From: Rhizaria sp. SCN 62-66
Taxonomy: Eukaryota
Assembly: GCA_001724265.1 (NCBI GenBank)
Contig: MEDY01000221.1
Coordinates: 1 to 48,369, forward strand
Length of the DNA stretch: 48,369 nucleotides
Reading direction: 5' to 3'
The translations under genes and the position numbers were made by a program. Each line of letters opens with the position of its first letter. Position 1 is the stretch's first letter. The notes below the pieces were generated by a model that searched no databases, was not told the origin of the DNA, and was given only the letters and a program-made list of their open reading frames with translations. This document shows, piece after piece, positions 1-12,188 of this stretch.

Positions 1-1374
1 ATAAACCACGTAGTTTGATAACTTCTACGAAAGTGCGCCAAAGTCGCAAAAAAAGCGCGAAATCGCGTTTTTTAGTTGACGCTACATAGGGGTTACATAT
101 TTTAATGATAATAGTTTGGTTCGAGGGAAATGCTTGGTATTGCTGCTACGGTTATCCTAAAAAGGAGCAGTGCGCTTTTGATCAAGAAGTCGGAATAAAT
201 ATTGCTTATTGCTTGTTGTTGTGTTGTGAGTCCGTATCAGTCAGTCTAAGATAAGCGACAGTGACAATGTCACGCGTTATGAGTGTGTGCGCGGGTATTA
301 TAATTGTTGTAGGACGCACGCCGACGGCGCGGCAGGAACTCGAACACTCAGAGTGTTGGTAGATATGTCTCAGCTCATCGAGGATAGCGACGAATTCTCA
401 TATTGTGAGATAGAGCTATCACGAAACGAGCGAGCACACGGGATACTAGGATACACACCAGAAAACAGTGCAATATAGAAGCGTCGTGCATCTGTGCCCA
501 TTGGTTATGAGTGTGTGTTTGTTGTCTATACACTGAACGTGTAACTTCTGAATAACATTATTGTAACAAACAAAACCAAGAAACAAAAGATATCGATGTA
601 AAATGGGCGAGTGGCACCATCTAAGGACGTAAAAACGAACGAACAAGCACCAGAATTTTTGTCATACGGACGTATGTGCAGCGAAAAAACAAGGCAGATC
701 AATATAAAACAATCACCAGCGAAAGGGCAGACATCAGATTGCGCAGTAAAAGTAAAAAGAAGCTAGGATCAAGGAAGAACCAAAGAATATTGTACTCACA
801 TCAAATGCGCTCGCACCAAACAGCAGATTTGTTCTTTGCACGTAACACTGTGTTGTGTTGTTACCATCGTGTACAACAGTGCCGTGCCAATCTGTCTGTG
901 TTCTGCGATGTTATGCTTTGCCATGTTGCTGTGCTGCGTTGTGTTACCCTTGATTTGCTTGCTGTAGCATCGCGTCGTTAACAAAGTGGATGAATCTACT
1001 TAAAAGCCAGTTCTGGCGCAAGGGAATTGTAACACTCACTTTCGCAGCTAAGAGCACCAGCATCAATCATGTGAGCATTTTCGTGTCAATAGTACTTATT
1101 ATTCTTTGCAGTCCTTGATTGAAAATACATTAACTTTTTTTAAACAAAACGAAAGACATTTACCAAAACAGAGAACTGAACAAAAACAAAACACAGACTA
1201 TACTTCATGTGTCTGCTTGACAACTTACAACAAACTTACGTGTGCAAGTAGACAGCATCACACTGCACTGAGATACAAAATTTACGACACTGCTGCACTG
1301 ACACGCACGCACACACAGACAGGACAAGCACTCGCACACGCACCGTTCAGGCTAAGGCTGTGACGGTGCGGTGG

Positions 1375-4300
1375 TCAGATTTTGACCGGCGGCGCCTTGT
1401 TCTCGAAGAACCTCACGGTGCCGTCGAAGCCGGCGGTGGCGAAGAGGTGCGTGGTCGCGCGCAGGTCGGCGACCGAGGCCGCGGAGACCTGCACGGCCTC
1501 GAAGGGCACGAACATGGCGCACGTGACGGTGACGGCCTCGGCGCCCGGCTCGCTGGCCTGGAACGACTCATGCGCGTCGACGTGGTTGTCCTTACCGTTG
1601 GCGCCCGTGAGCGCCTCCCACAGGAAGCACGCGCCGTCCTCGGAGCCGCAGACGATGCGCGAGCCGTTGGGCGAGAAGCCTGCGCGCAGCTGCATCTCGC
1701 GGTTCTCAAGCCCCTTATACTTGGACTCGAGCGAGAAGTCCTTGAAGTTGATCAGCCGGATGCGGGAGTCGTTGGTGGTGACGAGCAGGTAGTGCCCGTT
1801 GGGCGAGAACTCGAGTCCGGTGACCTTGCGGCCGTCCTTGAACTGCCCTGAGCGGTTCCGGCAGTCGATCTGAGTGCGGTACTTGAGCTGGTCGGTGCGG
1901 TGCACGACGACCTGGCCCTGTGCCAAGCCGGCCACGGCGTCCGCGCCGTCGGGCGAGAAGGCCGCCGCGGTGATGATGCCGGGCGTCTGCGCCCATTCGA
2001 CGACGCGGTGCTGCGGGACCGACCACACGCGCAGGCGCTTGTCGAAGGAGCCCGAGAGGAAGTAGCGGTCGTCGACCGGGTGGAAGGCCACCGAGGTGAC
2101 GAAGTCGGTGTGCTGGAAGACGAGCACGCAGCGCGGGCGCGAGATGTGCCACAGCCGCACCGTCTTGTCGATCGACGCCGAGAGCAGGAAGGAGCCCGCG
2201 GACCAGGAGAGGTCCACCACGTCGGCCTTGTGTCCCACCCAGACCAGGTACGGCACGGGATGCAGCACGGGCGCCACGGCGGCCGCGGCCGCGGCCGCGG
2301 CGGCCGCGGCGGCGGCGCGCGGCCCCGAGCCCGATCCCGAGCCCGAGGTGCCCGAGGTGGCCGTGGTGGCGGCCGACTGGCGCGAGGTGGCCGAGACCGA
2401 GACCGACGCGCCCGACACCGAGTCCTGTCTCCGCACTCCGGAGACGGAGGCGTCGCGCTCCTGGGCACCGCTGCCGTTGCCGCCGTTGCCGCTGTCACGA
2501 CCGCGGCCGCGCTCCGAGCCCGACACGGAGACCGAGACCGAGGACTGGTTCACGGACGCGGCGCCCGCGCCCGCCGCGCCAGCAGCGGCGGCGGCGGCGG
2601 CGGCGGCCTCGGCGGCGGCGGCGGTGTTTGCGGCCTGCGCGGCCGCGGCGGCGGACATGAAGGGCGCGGCGCTGGTCCTGGCGGCGATCTCGGCCGCGGC
2701 GGGCGTGCCGGCCACGGCCCACACGGCGATAACGCCGTCGTGGCCGGCCGTGGCGAGGAACTGTCCGCACAGCGACCAGCGCATGGTCCAGATGGGCCCG
2801 GAGTGGAAGGGCACCTCCTGGCGCAGCGTCAGCGCAGAGAGCTCGCGCGTACCCTTGCGCTTGCACCGCACCTTGATGCGCTTGCCCGCCGCGCTCCCGC
2901 CGCCGCCGCCGTCGGTCGCGTTGTCCGGCTCGGCGGACTTGCCGCGCAGGCGCCGGAACAGCGACCAAAAGCCCTTGCCGCGCGAGGCCGTCGCCGTGGC
3001 GTCCGCAGAGTTGGCGTCGGCCGCGGAGGCCGCGGTGTCGTTGGCCATCGCGACTGGCACCGAGCCGCGCCGCGCGCCCGCGTCAGCCGCCGCCGCTGCG
3101 GCCGCGGCGGCCGCGCGCGCCTCGGCGGCCTCGGCGGCAGCGGCGGCGTTGTCAGCGGCGCCGATCGCCAGGCGCACCTCTGGGAAGACCTGTGGCGCCT
3201 GGGCCACGGGGCACGCGGCGCCCGAGTCCAGGTCGCGGATCACCACACCCGCGGCCTCGGCCTCGGCGGCGGCGGCGGCGTCGGCCGCGGCGGCCTCAGC
3301 CTCGGCGGCGGTCAGCCCGTGTCCGTGCGCGCGCGCGCGCGCAGCCGAGGCGGCCGAGGTGTGCGACGGAGGCGACCCCGCGCCCGCGGCGAACGCAGAC
3401 GCGGCCGTCGCAGCCGAGCCGGACGGGGGCGAGCGCACGGCGCTAGCGTTGGCGTTGTTGTTGGCGTTGGCGGCGACGGTGGCGCTCAGCATGGCCGCGG
3501 GCGCGGTGCGGTAGCCAGAGCCGGGCCCAGTGGCGCCAGTGCCAGCGCCAGTGCCGACGCCGGCGCCGGCGGTTGCTGTGGTGGAGAAAGCGCCGGCGCC
3601 CGCGCCGGGGGAGACGACCGAGGGCCGGGGAGGCGCCGCGGGCCGCAGCCCCTGGGATTGGACGCTGTGGCCCGGCTGCGGCTGCTGCTGTAAGGGCGGG
3701 GACGGCGACGGGGACGGCGACGCGGTGCCCGGGGCCGTGTTCGGGGTGCTCTGCAGCGGCTGCTGCTGCTGCGCAGCGTGCGCGGCGTGCGCGGCTGCGA
3801 ACGCGGCCGAGGACATGGTTGAGGGCCGCGAGGGCCGCTGCGGTACGCGCGGGGGCGCGGCGGCGGCGGCGGCGTCGGCAGCGGCCGCTGCTGTCTGCGG
3901 GGTGGGAGTGGTGCTGCTGCTCGCACTCGCAGACGGCTGCGACTACTGCTGCTGTTGCTGCGGCTGCGGCTGCGGCTGCGGGTGTTGGTGCACACGCATG
4001 CGCGCCATGCGGGCCGCAAGCAGCGAGTCGATGTGCGCGTCAGAGTCGGCACCAGCGCCAGGAGTACCGTGAGCACCTGTGGCAGCAGAGGCGTTGCGGT
4101 GCGCGAAGGACGCCGGCAGCGATGCCGAGGGCACGTGCCCTGAGGCCCCGCCGCCGCCGCCGGCGGCGGTGGTACTGTTGCGGTGCACGAGGTAGCTGCT
4201 CTGGCCAGACGCCGTGGCAGCGGCAGCAGCAGAGGCTGACGAGGCGGGAGCGAACGGGGAGGCAGCGGCGAAGGCGGCCGCCGTGTTGGAGTTAGGGGCC

Positions 4301-4694
4301 AGCACAGGCCCCGCAGTCGCGGTCGCAGGCGCGGGCGCAGGTGCGGGCGCGGGGGCGGGCGCTGGCGGGGGACTGGAGGAGCTGCTGGCGGCGGCGACGA
4401 CGGCGTCGACGTCGAGCGCGGCCGCGGGGGGCAGGTAGTCGATCTCCTGGGGGTCGTAGAAGGTCTCGTCCTCGTCGTCGTCGTCGTCTGAGGCGGCTCG
4501 GAGGTCAAAAAACAAGGTGAAGAATACAGTATATGTGAGTGATGCAAGTTAAATATGGGCTAAAAAGCATTGTGACGCTACAGTGGCGCATAACGAGTCA
4601 GTGTTGAGCTCCGAGAGATAGCAGGTAATGGAGGGTCAAACGTCGGAGAGATAAGGGACGTACCGATGCCCGCGTGGGGCTGGTGGCTGGACAT
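1375..4694 (-). CDS. WDR44: WD repeat protein 44 (Rab11-binding/rabphilin-11-like). Exons 4694-4664 and 4487-1375; 1047 aa if the in-frame TAG at 3945-3943 is decoded as sense
   Basis: WDR44-type WD40 repeats: KVRCKRKGTRELSALTLRQEVPFHSGPIWTMRWS, GHKADVVDLSWS, FQHTDFVTSVAFHPVDDRYFLSGSFDKRLRVW, RKVTGLEF, LLVTTNDSRIRL, KYKGLEN. Exon 1 MSSHQPHAGI G|gtacgt and acceptor cctcag| are phase-compatible and give the N-terminal acidic FFAT-like motif DDDDDEDETFYDPQE. ORFs 3943..4515 and 1375..3816 are in the same frame. Stop TGA. Confidence 0.9.
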
Positions 4695-5374
4695 TGCGTC
4701 AGACGCGCAGGCGCTGCAAGGGAAAAAGAATCAGAGCGGGGGGACTACGGAAAAAAAAGTAACCGGGAAGAAATGGGATTCCGTGAGATGTGGTTTAGTT
4801 CGGAGAAATGGCATGTGGCGCGCCTTGGTCAGGAAGTGCAGAGCGTAAATTGAGAAATTAAAGACACCGGTTGCGATGAAAGTGGCTGCAACGCAATATA
4901 TTAAAGTAAAGGGGTTATTTTTAGCGGAGATGAAAAGTTAATCTTCGAAAAAGTGTCATAACAAGGCGCTAACGCCCGCGGAGTGAAGTCAGTCATAACA
5001 GTGGATTGGGACGTCGAGAGGACGGAACTGCGAAGGCGCCAGCTCGCCAGCAAAGCGGGCTGAACGTGCCAAAATAAACCCGACCCATGCAACCAACACC
5101 TGCACAATCGCGGAAAGTGTCCTACATGCATAACCACGATCCCGGTGCTTGGCACGACATGGACCACGCCACGACTCGAGACAGTCGTGCTCCGACCACA
5201 AACGAGGAAACGGATGAACAGATCGGTTCGCAAAAAAGTCGGCTAAAAGAAACGACCCAAAGAGGACACTTGTGGATCTCTTGGAACTCGTTGATTTGAT
5301 CGTCAAGGAAGTGTAAAGCCTTGCCACAAGGTGAATCTTGCCCTTGAGGCTTTATCTTTAAGAACACACGCCAC

Positions 5375-8314
5375 ATGCCGAACTTGTGGTTGCAGCAGCA
5401 GGCGCCGCGCGACTCGCGAACGCAGCCCACAGTGAGCAAGCTGCTGCAGAAGCGCTCCCGCGCGCCCCTGGCGCCCGACACCGGCGCCTCGGCCGCGTCT
5501 ATCGGCGCCTACGACTCGGACGCGGCTACGTCTCTGCTCTACGGGCAGCCGCACTCGAACGTGCTCGACCTCAGCGCGCTCGCGCCCCCCGCGGCGCCCC
5601 TCTCCCACTCGCAGTCGCTCTCGCTCGACGCCCAGCAGCAGCAGCCGCTGCTGCAGGGCCTGCCCGCGCGCCTCGCGGCGGCGGAGCCCACGCACACGGT
5701 GCGCCTGCTGCCCGCTTTCGGTGCCGGCGCCGGCGCCGGCAGCGGCAGCGGCAGCAGCAGCGCTCGCTCCCGTCTGGGCACGGCCGCCTTCCTTTCCCTC
5801 GCGGGCACTGTGTCTGCGGCCGCGCGCAACCCGCCGCCGCTCCCCGCCACGTGCTCCTTCGTGCCCGTCGGGCTCGTCGACCGCAGCCTTGGCCGCGACA
5901 CCGGTGCCGGCACTGGCAGCGGCAGCGGCAACGGCGGCGGCAGTGGCGAGCAGCGGCGCGCTAGAGATTCCACGACGGTGTCCCATCTGGCCCCGGCGCC
6001 CTCGGCCGCGGCGGTGCCGGCCCTCTCCGCCTTCGCGCCCCCCTCCGCCTCAGCGGCCTCCGCGGCTGCAGCTGGCTCTGCTGCGGGCGAGGGCCACGGG
6101 CAGTCGCACAACCTCTTCGCCCACTCACTCGCCCCCGGCAGCCACTCGGCTACCGCGGCCACGGGTCCCATGGGTGCCGCGGGGGCCGTGAGGCCGCGCG
6201 CGGTGACGATGCGGCTGGCTGAGGACGCGTCGGGCGCGCTGGTGCCCGTCCCAACGTCGCAGCAGCAGCGCCCTTACTCGGGGCCCTATTCAGGGCCTTG
6301 GCTCGGGCTTGGGGCCGGCTTCGGACTGGGACTGCCGCAGACGCCGACGCCGACGCCGGCGCTGGTGGCGTCGCTGCAGTCGCTGCAGCTGCAGGCTCAG
6401 CTCCAGGCACAGGCGCAGGCACAGCTGCAGCTGTCCCCGCATGCTTTGACACAGACACAGACGCAGACACAGTTGCTGCGGCAGGGCGCTAAGCAACAGG
6501 GCTCCAAGCAATGGTCCCGGCAGGAGTCGAGGCCCGGCTCTCAGTCACAGTCGCGGGCGCACTCGCAGGCCCACTCGCGGGCACACTCGCTGACGCAGGC
6601 GCAGCTGCAGCCGCACTCTGGCACCAGCCCCAGCTCAGACTTAAACGCACACAAACAGCAACAACAGCCGCAGCCGCAGCGGCGTCGGTCGCGGCCGCCC
6701 TCTGCCTCATCCTCTGCCGCTGTCGCCGCCGCTGTCGCTGCCACAGGCTCTGAGCCCGCAGTCGCAGCATCAGACAGCCCGCACTCTGCCTCCGCCCCCG
6801 CCGCAGCTCCAGCCGCTGCGGCAGTGGCGAGTCCCGTGCTGCTAAGCGGTGCGCGCGTGCGCCGCGAGCGCGCCGCCGCGGCCGCCGCGCTACACGCGCA
6901 GTCGCAGTCTCTGTGCGACGACGCGCTGTCTGCGCGGCAGGCCGCCGTGGCCGCCGCACTCTCCCGCTCGCTCACCGCACAGCAGCGCGCCAGGGAGGAG
7001 GCCAGCATCTACGCCGCGCGCGCGCGCGCCAGGGCCGCGGAGGCGGCCGCCGCCGCCGCCGCGACGGGGCCCATCAACGGCGTCAGCGCCAGCGCCAGCG
7101 CCAGTGCCAGTGCGGGGACGACGGAGGTCACTGGTGACAGCGGCCACAACAGCAGTGCGAAGCCCGGGTCCCCTGCCGTGTCCGCGCGGACCGCCGCGAC
7201 TGCGCCCGGCGCCTTGCCCGGGATAGCGGTGTCATCGTCGGTGTCCTCGTCGTCGGTTTCCTCGGTGCCGCCGTGGTGGGTGGGCCGGCCGCTGGCGCCG
7301 GGGCTCGCGGCGCCGCCGCCGCGCCAGCCCGTGCGCCTGCCGCGGCCGCGCGTTGAGGTGCGCGTGCCCGACTTCACGCCCGTCACGCGCAACGTGCGCC
7401 GCAGCCAGGGCCAGTGGCTCAAGCGCTCCACAGAGGTCCGTCTAGCGCAACTTGTTTATCGTGAGTTTACAATTGCTCCTCGATCTTGATGTCTTTGGCA
7501 AAGCTTGATTTTCTTATGGTAAATTTACTTGATTTATTTGTTCAATATGCACTGTGTGATTTAATCATCTCACATAACCAATCTCTTCTTCCCACATTTT
7601 TTCCTTTTCTTCCTCCAGGCGACTGCCCAGCTGGTGGCCGCAGTCGCGACGACCGCGGCCGCGGGCGTCGACATCGCTCATGCGACCTCGGTCTCCGCGC
7701 TCTCGCAGTCTGAGCGCTCCCTGGCCGCCGTCTCGGCCCTGGAGACGCGTCTGGCGGCGGCTCGCGAGCACGCTATCGCGGCGGCCGAGGCTCTGGCCGC
7801 CGCCGAGGCCGCCGCGAGCGTCGCCGCGCGCGCCGCGGGCGTGGCGGCCGAGCTGCGCGCCGTGGCCGCCGCCGAGGCCGCGCAGCAGCGCGCCGTCACC
7901 GAGGCCGCGGCGGCGCTGGCGGCGGCGCAGTCTGCGGCGCGCGCGCGCACGGAGCAGGACCTGGGCGCGCGCGAGCTGCTACAGCGCGTGGCGCGGCTCC
8001 GCGCGCGCGGCTACGACGAGCTCCTCGCGGACGCCGCGCACGACGCAGACGGCGCGCGCGCCGACAACGTTGCGGACGCGACGAGTCAGCGCGAGCGCGA
8101 CCGCGTCAGGGAGCAGGAGCAGGAGCAAGCGCAGGCGCAGGGGCAGGGCCAGGGGCGGGCCAGGGGCGGGTTTGGCGTCCCGGCGAGGCTGGGTGCGCTG
8201 CCGCCGACGGTGGCCGTGTCCGCCGTGCGATCCCCGCTTGCGCCCGACTCGCTCACCGTCGCCGACGTTGCGCTCCCCGTCGGCGCTATGGAGCCCCGCG
8301 CGCGCCGCGGATAA
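5375..8314 (+). CDS. Unknown low-complexity protein with a C-terminal predicted coiled coil. Exons 5375-7435 and 7619-8314, about 918 aa
   Basis: ATG at 5375 and GC-rich coding-like sequence. An AT-rich 183-nt intron GAG|gtccgt...ttctcctccag|GCG (phase 0) joins ORFs 5375..7489 and 7634..8314. Stop TAA. No recognisable family. Confidence 0.75.
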
Positions 8315-8957
8315 GCGAGCCAGAGTGACGATGACTTGAAGTGAGTCGTTTTCTCCTTCGCTGTTTATAAGCTACTTAGGTCATGAAAGCTTTGTTTCAT
8401 TGTTTTCACATGTATATAGTTTAATTTTATTTAGAGTTTATCTTGATAGGATGTTTTGTCTCACATTCGTGTTAGGCACAGCCTTTTCTGAGACCGCGTC
8501 TGATGAAACACGAAACAATACACAACTCTATTTGCTTTGTTTTAACGTGAACATGTCCTGTGACGAACTGAAAAGAACTTGAAGCGTGTTCCTCGTGAGC
8601 TGAGACGCGCGGCAAAGTCCATAATTCGCGGTCTCCATGCAAGTGGCCCTCTTACTTTCACTAACACAGACAGGCAAGAGTGCAGCAACTGCCAGCGATG
8701 CAAGGATGCCAGCTAGGCCAAGGCTGAAGGGCGAGTCTCGCTTTCTAAGATTAGTCGCATAGCAATGAGAAGATCGTCAAACTCAATGAAAGGTTGTAAA
8801 TTTGCATTTTAACATAGCTTTCTGGTCGTGATTTTAATAACATGTTCTAGATAGCTCATAATCATGCTTATATCCTACCCTCAATCATGCCACATCATCA
8901 CACCAGACAGCGCTCGCGCGAGGCCTCAACTCGCCCTTGATCGCGCAAAGGATCTCC

Positions 8958-11900
8958 ATGGATTTTTCTTTCCCGCCTACGCCAGTCTCCACGGCTGGCC
9001 AGGACCCTTCTAAGCGGGCTGATGCTGCGTTGCAGCCTCCGTTTCCGCACGCAGCGACGCCGACATTCTTCACAACCGCTGCAGCTGCTCCTGTAATCAC
9101 AACTGCCCCTGCCACCGCGGCTCTGCCTGTCGCTGGCGCGCTACCCCCGATGCCCGCGTCCGCGTCGCAGCTTCCCCCTGCCGCGTTCCCGGCCCCCGTG
9201 TCTTTTTCATTCCGCCAGCCCCCCGCCTCGGCCCCCGCACCCGCGTCCGCCTCGTCCGCCGCCTCGGCCGCCTCCTCCGCCGTAGCACAGGGAGCGGCGA
9301 CGGCGGGCCCCCACGCCGCGCACGCACACTCGCACTCGCTCTCTGGCTCCTTTGCCGGCTCCGTCGCGGGCTCGATCGCCGGTTCGCCCCTCTCAGCCGC
9401 CCCCGCGCCCCCGCAGTCCGCCCTGTCCGTCATCGGCAGCACCGCACCCGCCGGGAATCACACTGCAACCGCTGCCGCTGCGCCTGCTCCTGCCGCCACA
9501 GTCCCAGCTCCAGTCGCCGTCGCTGCAGCTCCTGCATTTGCTCCTGCCACAGCGACCGCAGGCTTGGGCTCAGGCACCGCTGCTGGCACTGCCACTGCCA
9601 CAGGCTCGGGCTCAGGCTCAGGCTCGGGCTCGGGCTCGGCGCTGGCACAGCAGCTGCGCTCGCTCGAACACCGCCTTACCGCCCTCCGCGCCGCCGCCAC
9701 CGCTGCCATCAACAGCAACAGCAACACATCAAGCGCTGTCCCTGCCACTGCCAGTGCTGCGGCGGCTGCGCTCGCGACTGCGCGCGCCGCTGCCGCCGCT
9801 CTGCAGGCCGACGTCGACGCCCTGCGGCTCACCTTCCCCGCGCTCGCCGCCGCCGCCGCCGTGCTCGCCGCGCGCCACAGCGGCGGCGGCGGCGTTGGTC
9901 ACGGCGCGCACGGTGCGAACGGGCAGGACAACAGCGAGTGGGTCCTGTCGCCGACGTCGCCGCCGGCACGGCTCGCGCGCGCCGTCTCGGAGCTGGCCGC
10001 CATCGCCACTCTGCTCAACAGCGGCAGCGCAGCCAGCAATAGCAACAACAACAGCAGCAGTAGCAGCAGTATTATCAGCAGTATTACCAGTCACACCGCC
10101 AGTCGCGGGAGCTACGCGCAGGGCCACAGTGCGATCGCGGTGGAGCTCAGCGACCCGCTGGACGTCTTCGACGCCGCGTTCGCCGCCGGCAACAGCGCAA
10201 GCGGCGCCGGCACTGCTGCTGACGCTGCTGCTGCGAATGCCGCTGCGAGCGCACCGCTTTTGTCGCAAATCGGCTCGGCCCAGCTGCCGCCGCTGCCGAG
10301 TGCGAACAACGCGAGCACGGCCGCAACCGCTGCTGCTGCCGCCGCTGGCGACATCAACAGCTCTAGCCCGCTCGCCAGCGACGCGTCTGGCGTGTTTGCG
10401 GCCCCCCGCGCCCGCAAACCCCTCTCGGCCCGCCCTGCCAACGGGATCGCTGGAACGACTCCAACTGCTGCGGGGGCAGGGAAAGCAAAGGGCTCGTCCC
10501 GGTCCACGCTCGCGGCGGCGCCCGCGGCTGCGCGCACGGACACGGACGCGGGCGCGGAGGCGCTGGCGGCGCTGCGGCGCACGCGGGCGGCGATGCGCGA
10601 GGGGCTTGAGCAAGCCGGGCTTGCGCGGACCGGGCTGGAGGAGTCCACCGACGCGCTGCGCCTGGTGCGCACCGAGGCCGACGCCGCGGCGGGCGCGCTG
10701 GGCGCCTGCGTGGGGCTCGTCAAGGCCAACGAGCGCAAGGCGCTCTGGGAGCAGCGCGCCGTGGTGCTTGCCTTCGCTGCGCTGTGCCTCGTCGCCGGGC
10801 TCGTCATCGCGCGCAGGCTGCTGTGGTTCGCGCAGCCCGCGCTGTGGGCCGCGGGCGGGCTCAAGGGCGGCGTTGCGGCCGCGCTCGGCGCCGCGCTCAG
10901 CGGGTTCGGCCGTGCCGCCGCCAGCGAGGGCGTCGGGGCCGTGCTCCTGGGCAGCGGCGCCACCGCGGGCGCGGGCGCGGGCGCGGGCGTTGGTGTGGAC
11001 GCGCTGGCGGGGCTCAAAGAGCTGCTTGCCGCCAGTGTCCCGCTGCCGCCGCTGCCGCCGCACAGCGGCGGTGCCGTGGGCGTGAACAGCGCGGTGCGCG
11101 GCGGTGTGGAGCTGGAGGCTGTGACTGCCGTCGACGTGCACAGTATGCTCAGCAACGGTGGCAGGAACAACAATCATAACTATGACGAGAACGAGAGCTA
11201 CTATAAGCAGCAGAGGCAATTGGAGCTGGAGCAAGAGCAGGCGCACGCCGCCGCGACTGCTGCCGCTGCAGCCGCTGAAGCTAAGGCTGCCGCTCAAGCT
11301 AAGGCCGCTGCTGAAGCTAAGGCCGCTGCTGGCGCTAAGGCCGCTGCTAACGCTAAGGCTGTTGCTGACGCTAAGGCTGCTGCTGAGGCTCAAGCACAGG
11401 CTCAGGCTCAGGCGCAAGCGCAGGCCCAGGCTCTGGCGCTGGCGCGGGAGCAGGCCGCTGCGAAGGCCGCTGCGGAGGCTGCGGCTGCAGAGGCGGAGGC
11501 GGCTGCTGCTGAGGCGGAGGCCGCGGCGGCTGCAGCGGAGGCTGAGGCTGCCGCCGCTGAGGCCGACGCCGCCGCCGCTGCCGCCGCGCTTTCTACCGCG
11601 AACGCGGCCGTTGCTGCGGGTGGCGCCGGCGTGGTCGAGGTCGAGGCCACTGGGTGGGCCGCGCTCGACGATATTCTGCAGCGAAACGCAAACAGTGCCG
11701 CTGCGGGTGCAAGTGCGAGTACGGGTGATGTGACGAGCAAGGGAGCTGGCGAGGAGGCAAGGTATGTTCCCCGCAGTGTTGATGATAGCAATAATAATAA
11801 CGATGTTAATTCTCATACTCATAATAGTAATCATGATCCCAGTAGCCGCAGTCACGCTCACGACCACGCTCATGACCACGCTCATGACCACGCTCACGAT

Positions 11901-12188
11901 CACGGCCATAGCCACGGCCACGACCACAAGCACAAGCGCCCGCCGCGGCAGCGCACGATTGCCGAGACCGTTGCCGACGCCACCGCAGCTGTTTCCAAGG
12001 CCAACGCCAAGGCTGCTGCTGCTGCTGCTCCGACCGGCGGCGGCGGCGGCCACACGCACGGCCCCGGCTGCAACCATGGTCACGCCCACGGTCACTCCGG
12101 CGGCGGCGGCGGCGGCGCTCACGGCCACAAGGGTGGCGCCGTTCACGCGCAGCCCATCGCCTTCGGCTCCTTCGGGGGCGGGTTCTGA
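8958..12188 (+). CDS. SEC20: Sec20/BNIP1-like ER Q-SNARE with a long lumenal tail (isoform ending in the His-rich exon; possible in-frame intron 11762-11842/11845)
   Basis: Sec20-like SNARE motif plus TM: LAALRRTRAAMREGLEQAGLARTGLEESTDALRLVRTE...LVKANERKALWEQRAVVLAFAALCLVAGLVIARRL (about 10560-10825). First in-frame ATG at 8958. Stop TGA. Confidence 0.75.
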   Translation: MDFSFPPTPVSTAGQDPSKRADAALQPPFPHAATPTFFTTAAAAPVITTAPATAALPVAGALPPMPASASQLPPAAFPAPVSFSFRQPPASAPAPASASSAASAASSAVAQGAATAGPHAAHAHSHSLSGSFAGSVAGSIAGSPLSAAPAPPQSALSVIGSTAPAGNHTATAAAAPAPAATVPAPVAVAAAPAFAPATATAGLGSGTAAGTATATGSGSGSGSGSGSALAQQLRSLEHRLTALRAAATAAINSNSNTSSAVPATASAAAAALATARAAAAALQADVDALRLTFPALAAAAAVLAARHSGGGGVGHGAHGANGQDNSEWVLSPTSPPARLARAVSELAAIATLLNSGSAASNSNNNSSSSSSIISSITSHTASRGSYAQGHSAIAVELSDPLDVFDAAFAAGNSASGAGTAADAAAANAAASAPLLSQIGSAQLPPLPSANNASTAATAAAAAAGDINSSSPLASDASGVFAAPRARKPLSARPANGIAGTTPTAAGAGKAKGSSRSTLAAAPAAARTDTDAGAEALAALRRTRAAMREGLEQAGLARTGLEESTDALRLVRTEADAAAGALGACVGLVKANERKALWEQRAVVLAFAALCLVAGLVIARRLLWFAQPALWAAGGLKGGVAAALGAALSGFGRAAASEGVGAVLLGSGATAGAGAGAGVGVDALAGLKELLAASVPLPPLPPHSGGAVGVNSAVRGGVELEAVTAVDVHSMLSNGGRNNNHNYDENESYYKQQRQLELEQEQAHAAATAAAAAAEAKAAAQAKAAAEAKAAAGAKAAANAKAVADAKAAAEAQAQAQAQAQAQAQALALAREQAAAKAAAEAAAAEAEAAAAEAEAAAAAAEAEAAAAEADAAAAAAALSTANAAVAAGGAGVVEVEATGWAALDDILQRNANSAAAGASASTGDVTSKGAGEEARYVPRSVDDSNNNNDVNSHTHNSNHDPSSRSHAHDHAHDHAHDHAHDHGHSHGHDHKHKRPPRQRTIAETVADATAAVSKANAKAAAAAAPTGGGGGHTHGPGCNHGHAHGHSGGGGGGAHGHKGGAVHAQPIAFGSFGGGF
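11277..11384 (+). repeat. 18-nt coding repeat, 6 x xAKA[AV]A
   Basis: gaagctaaggctgccgct-type units inside the SEC20-like tail. Confidence 0.85.

Noticed and set aside
48-73. Hairpin aaaaaaagcgcga-aa-tcgcgtttttt resembling an intrinsic terminator
   Set aside because: Eukaryotic context, short imperfect stem and no associated gene or element.
287-1363. Short ORFs in the first AT-rich 1.3 kb
   Set aside because: They lack the genome's coding composition and resemble no known protein; probably UTR or intergenic sequence.
3943-3945. Pyrrolysine or selenocysteine recoding as the explanation for the internal stops
   Set aside because: Sec uses UGA and Pyl is not known in eukaryotes. Both TAGs sit in disordered, non-catalytic regions.
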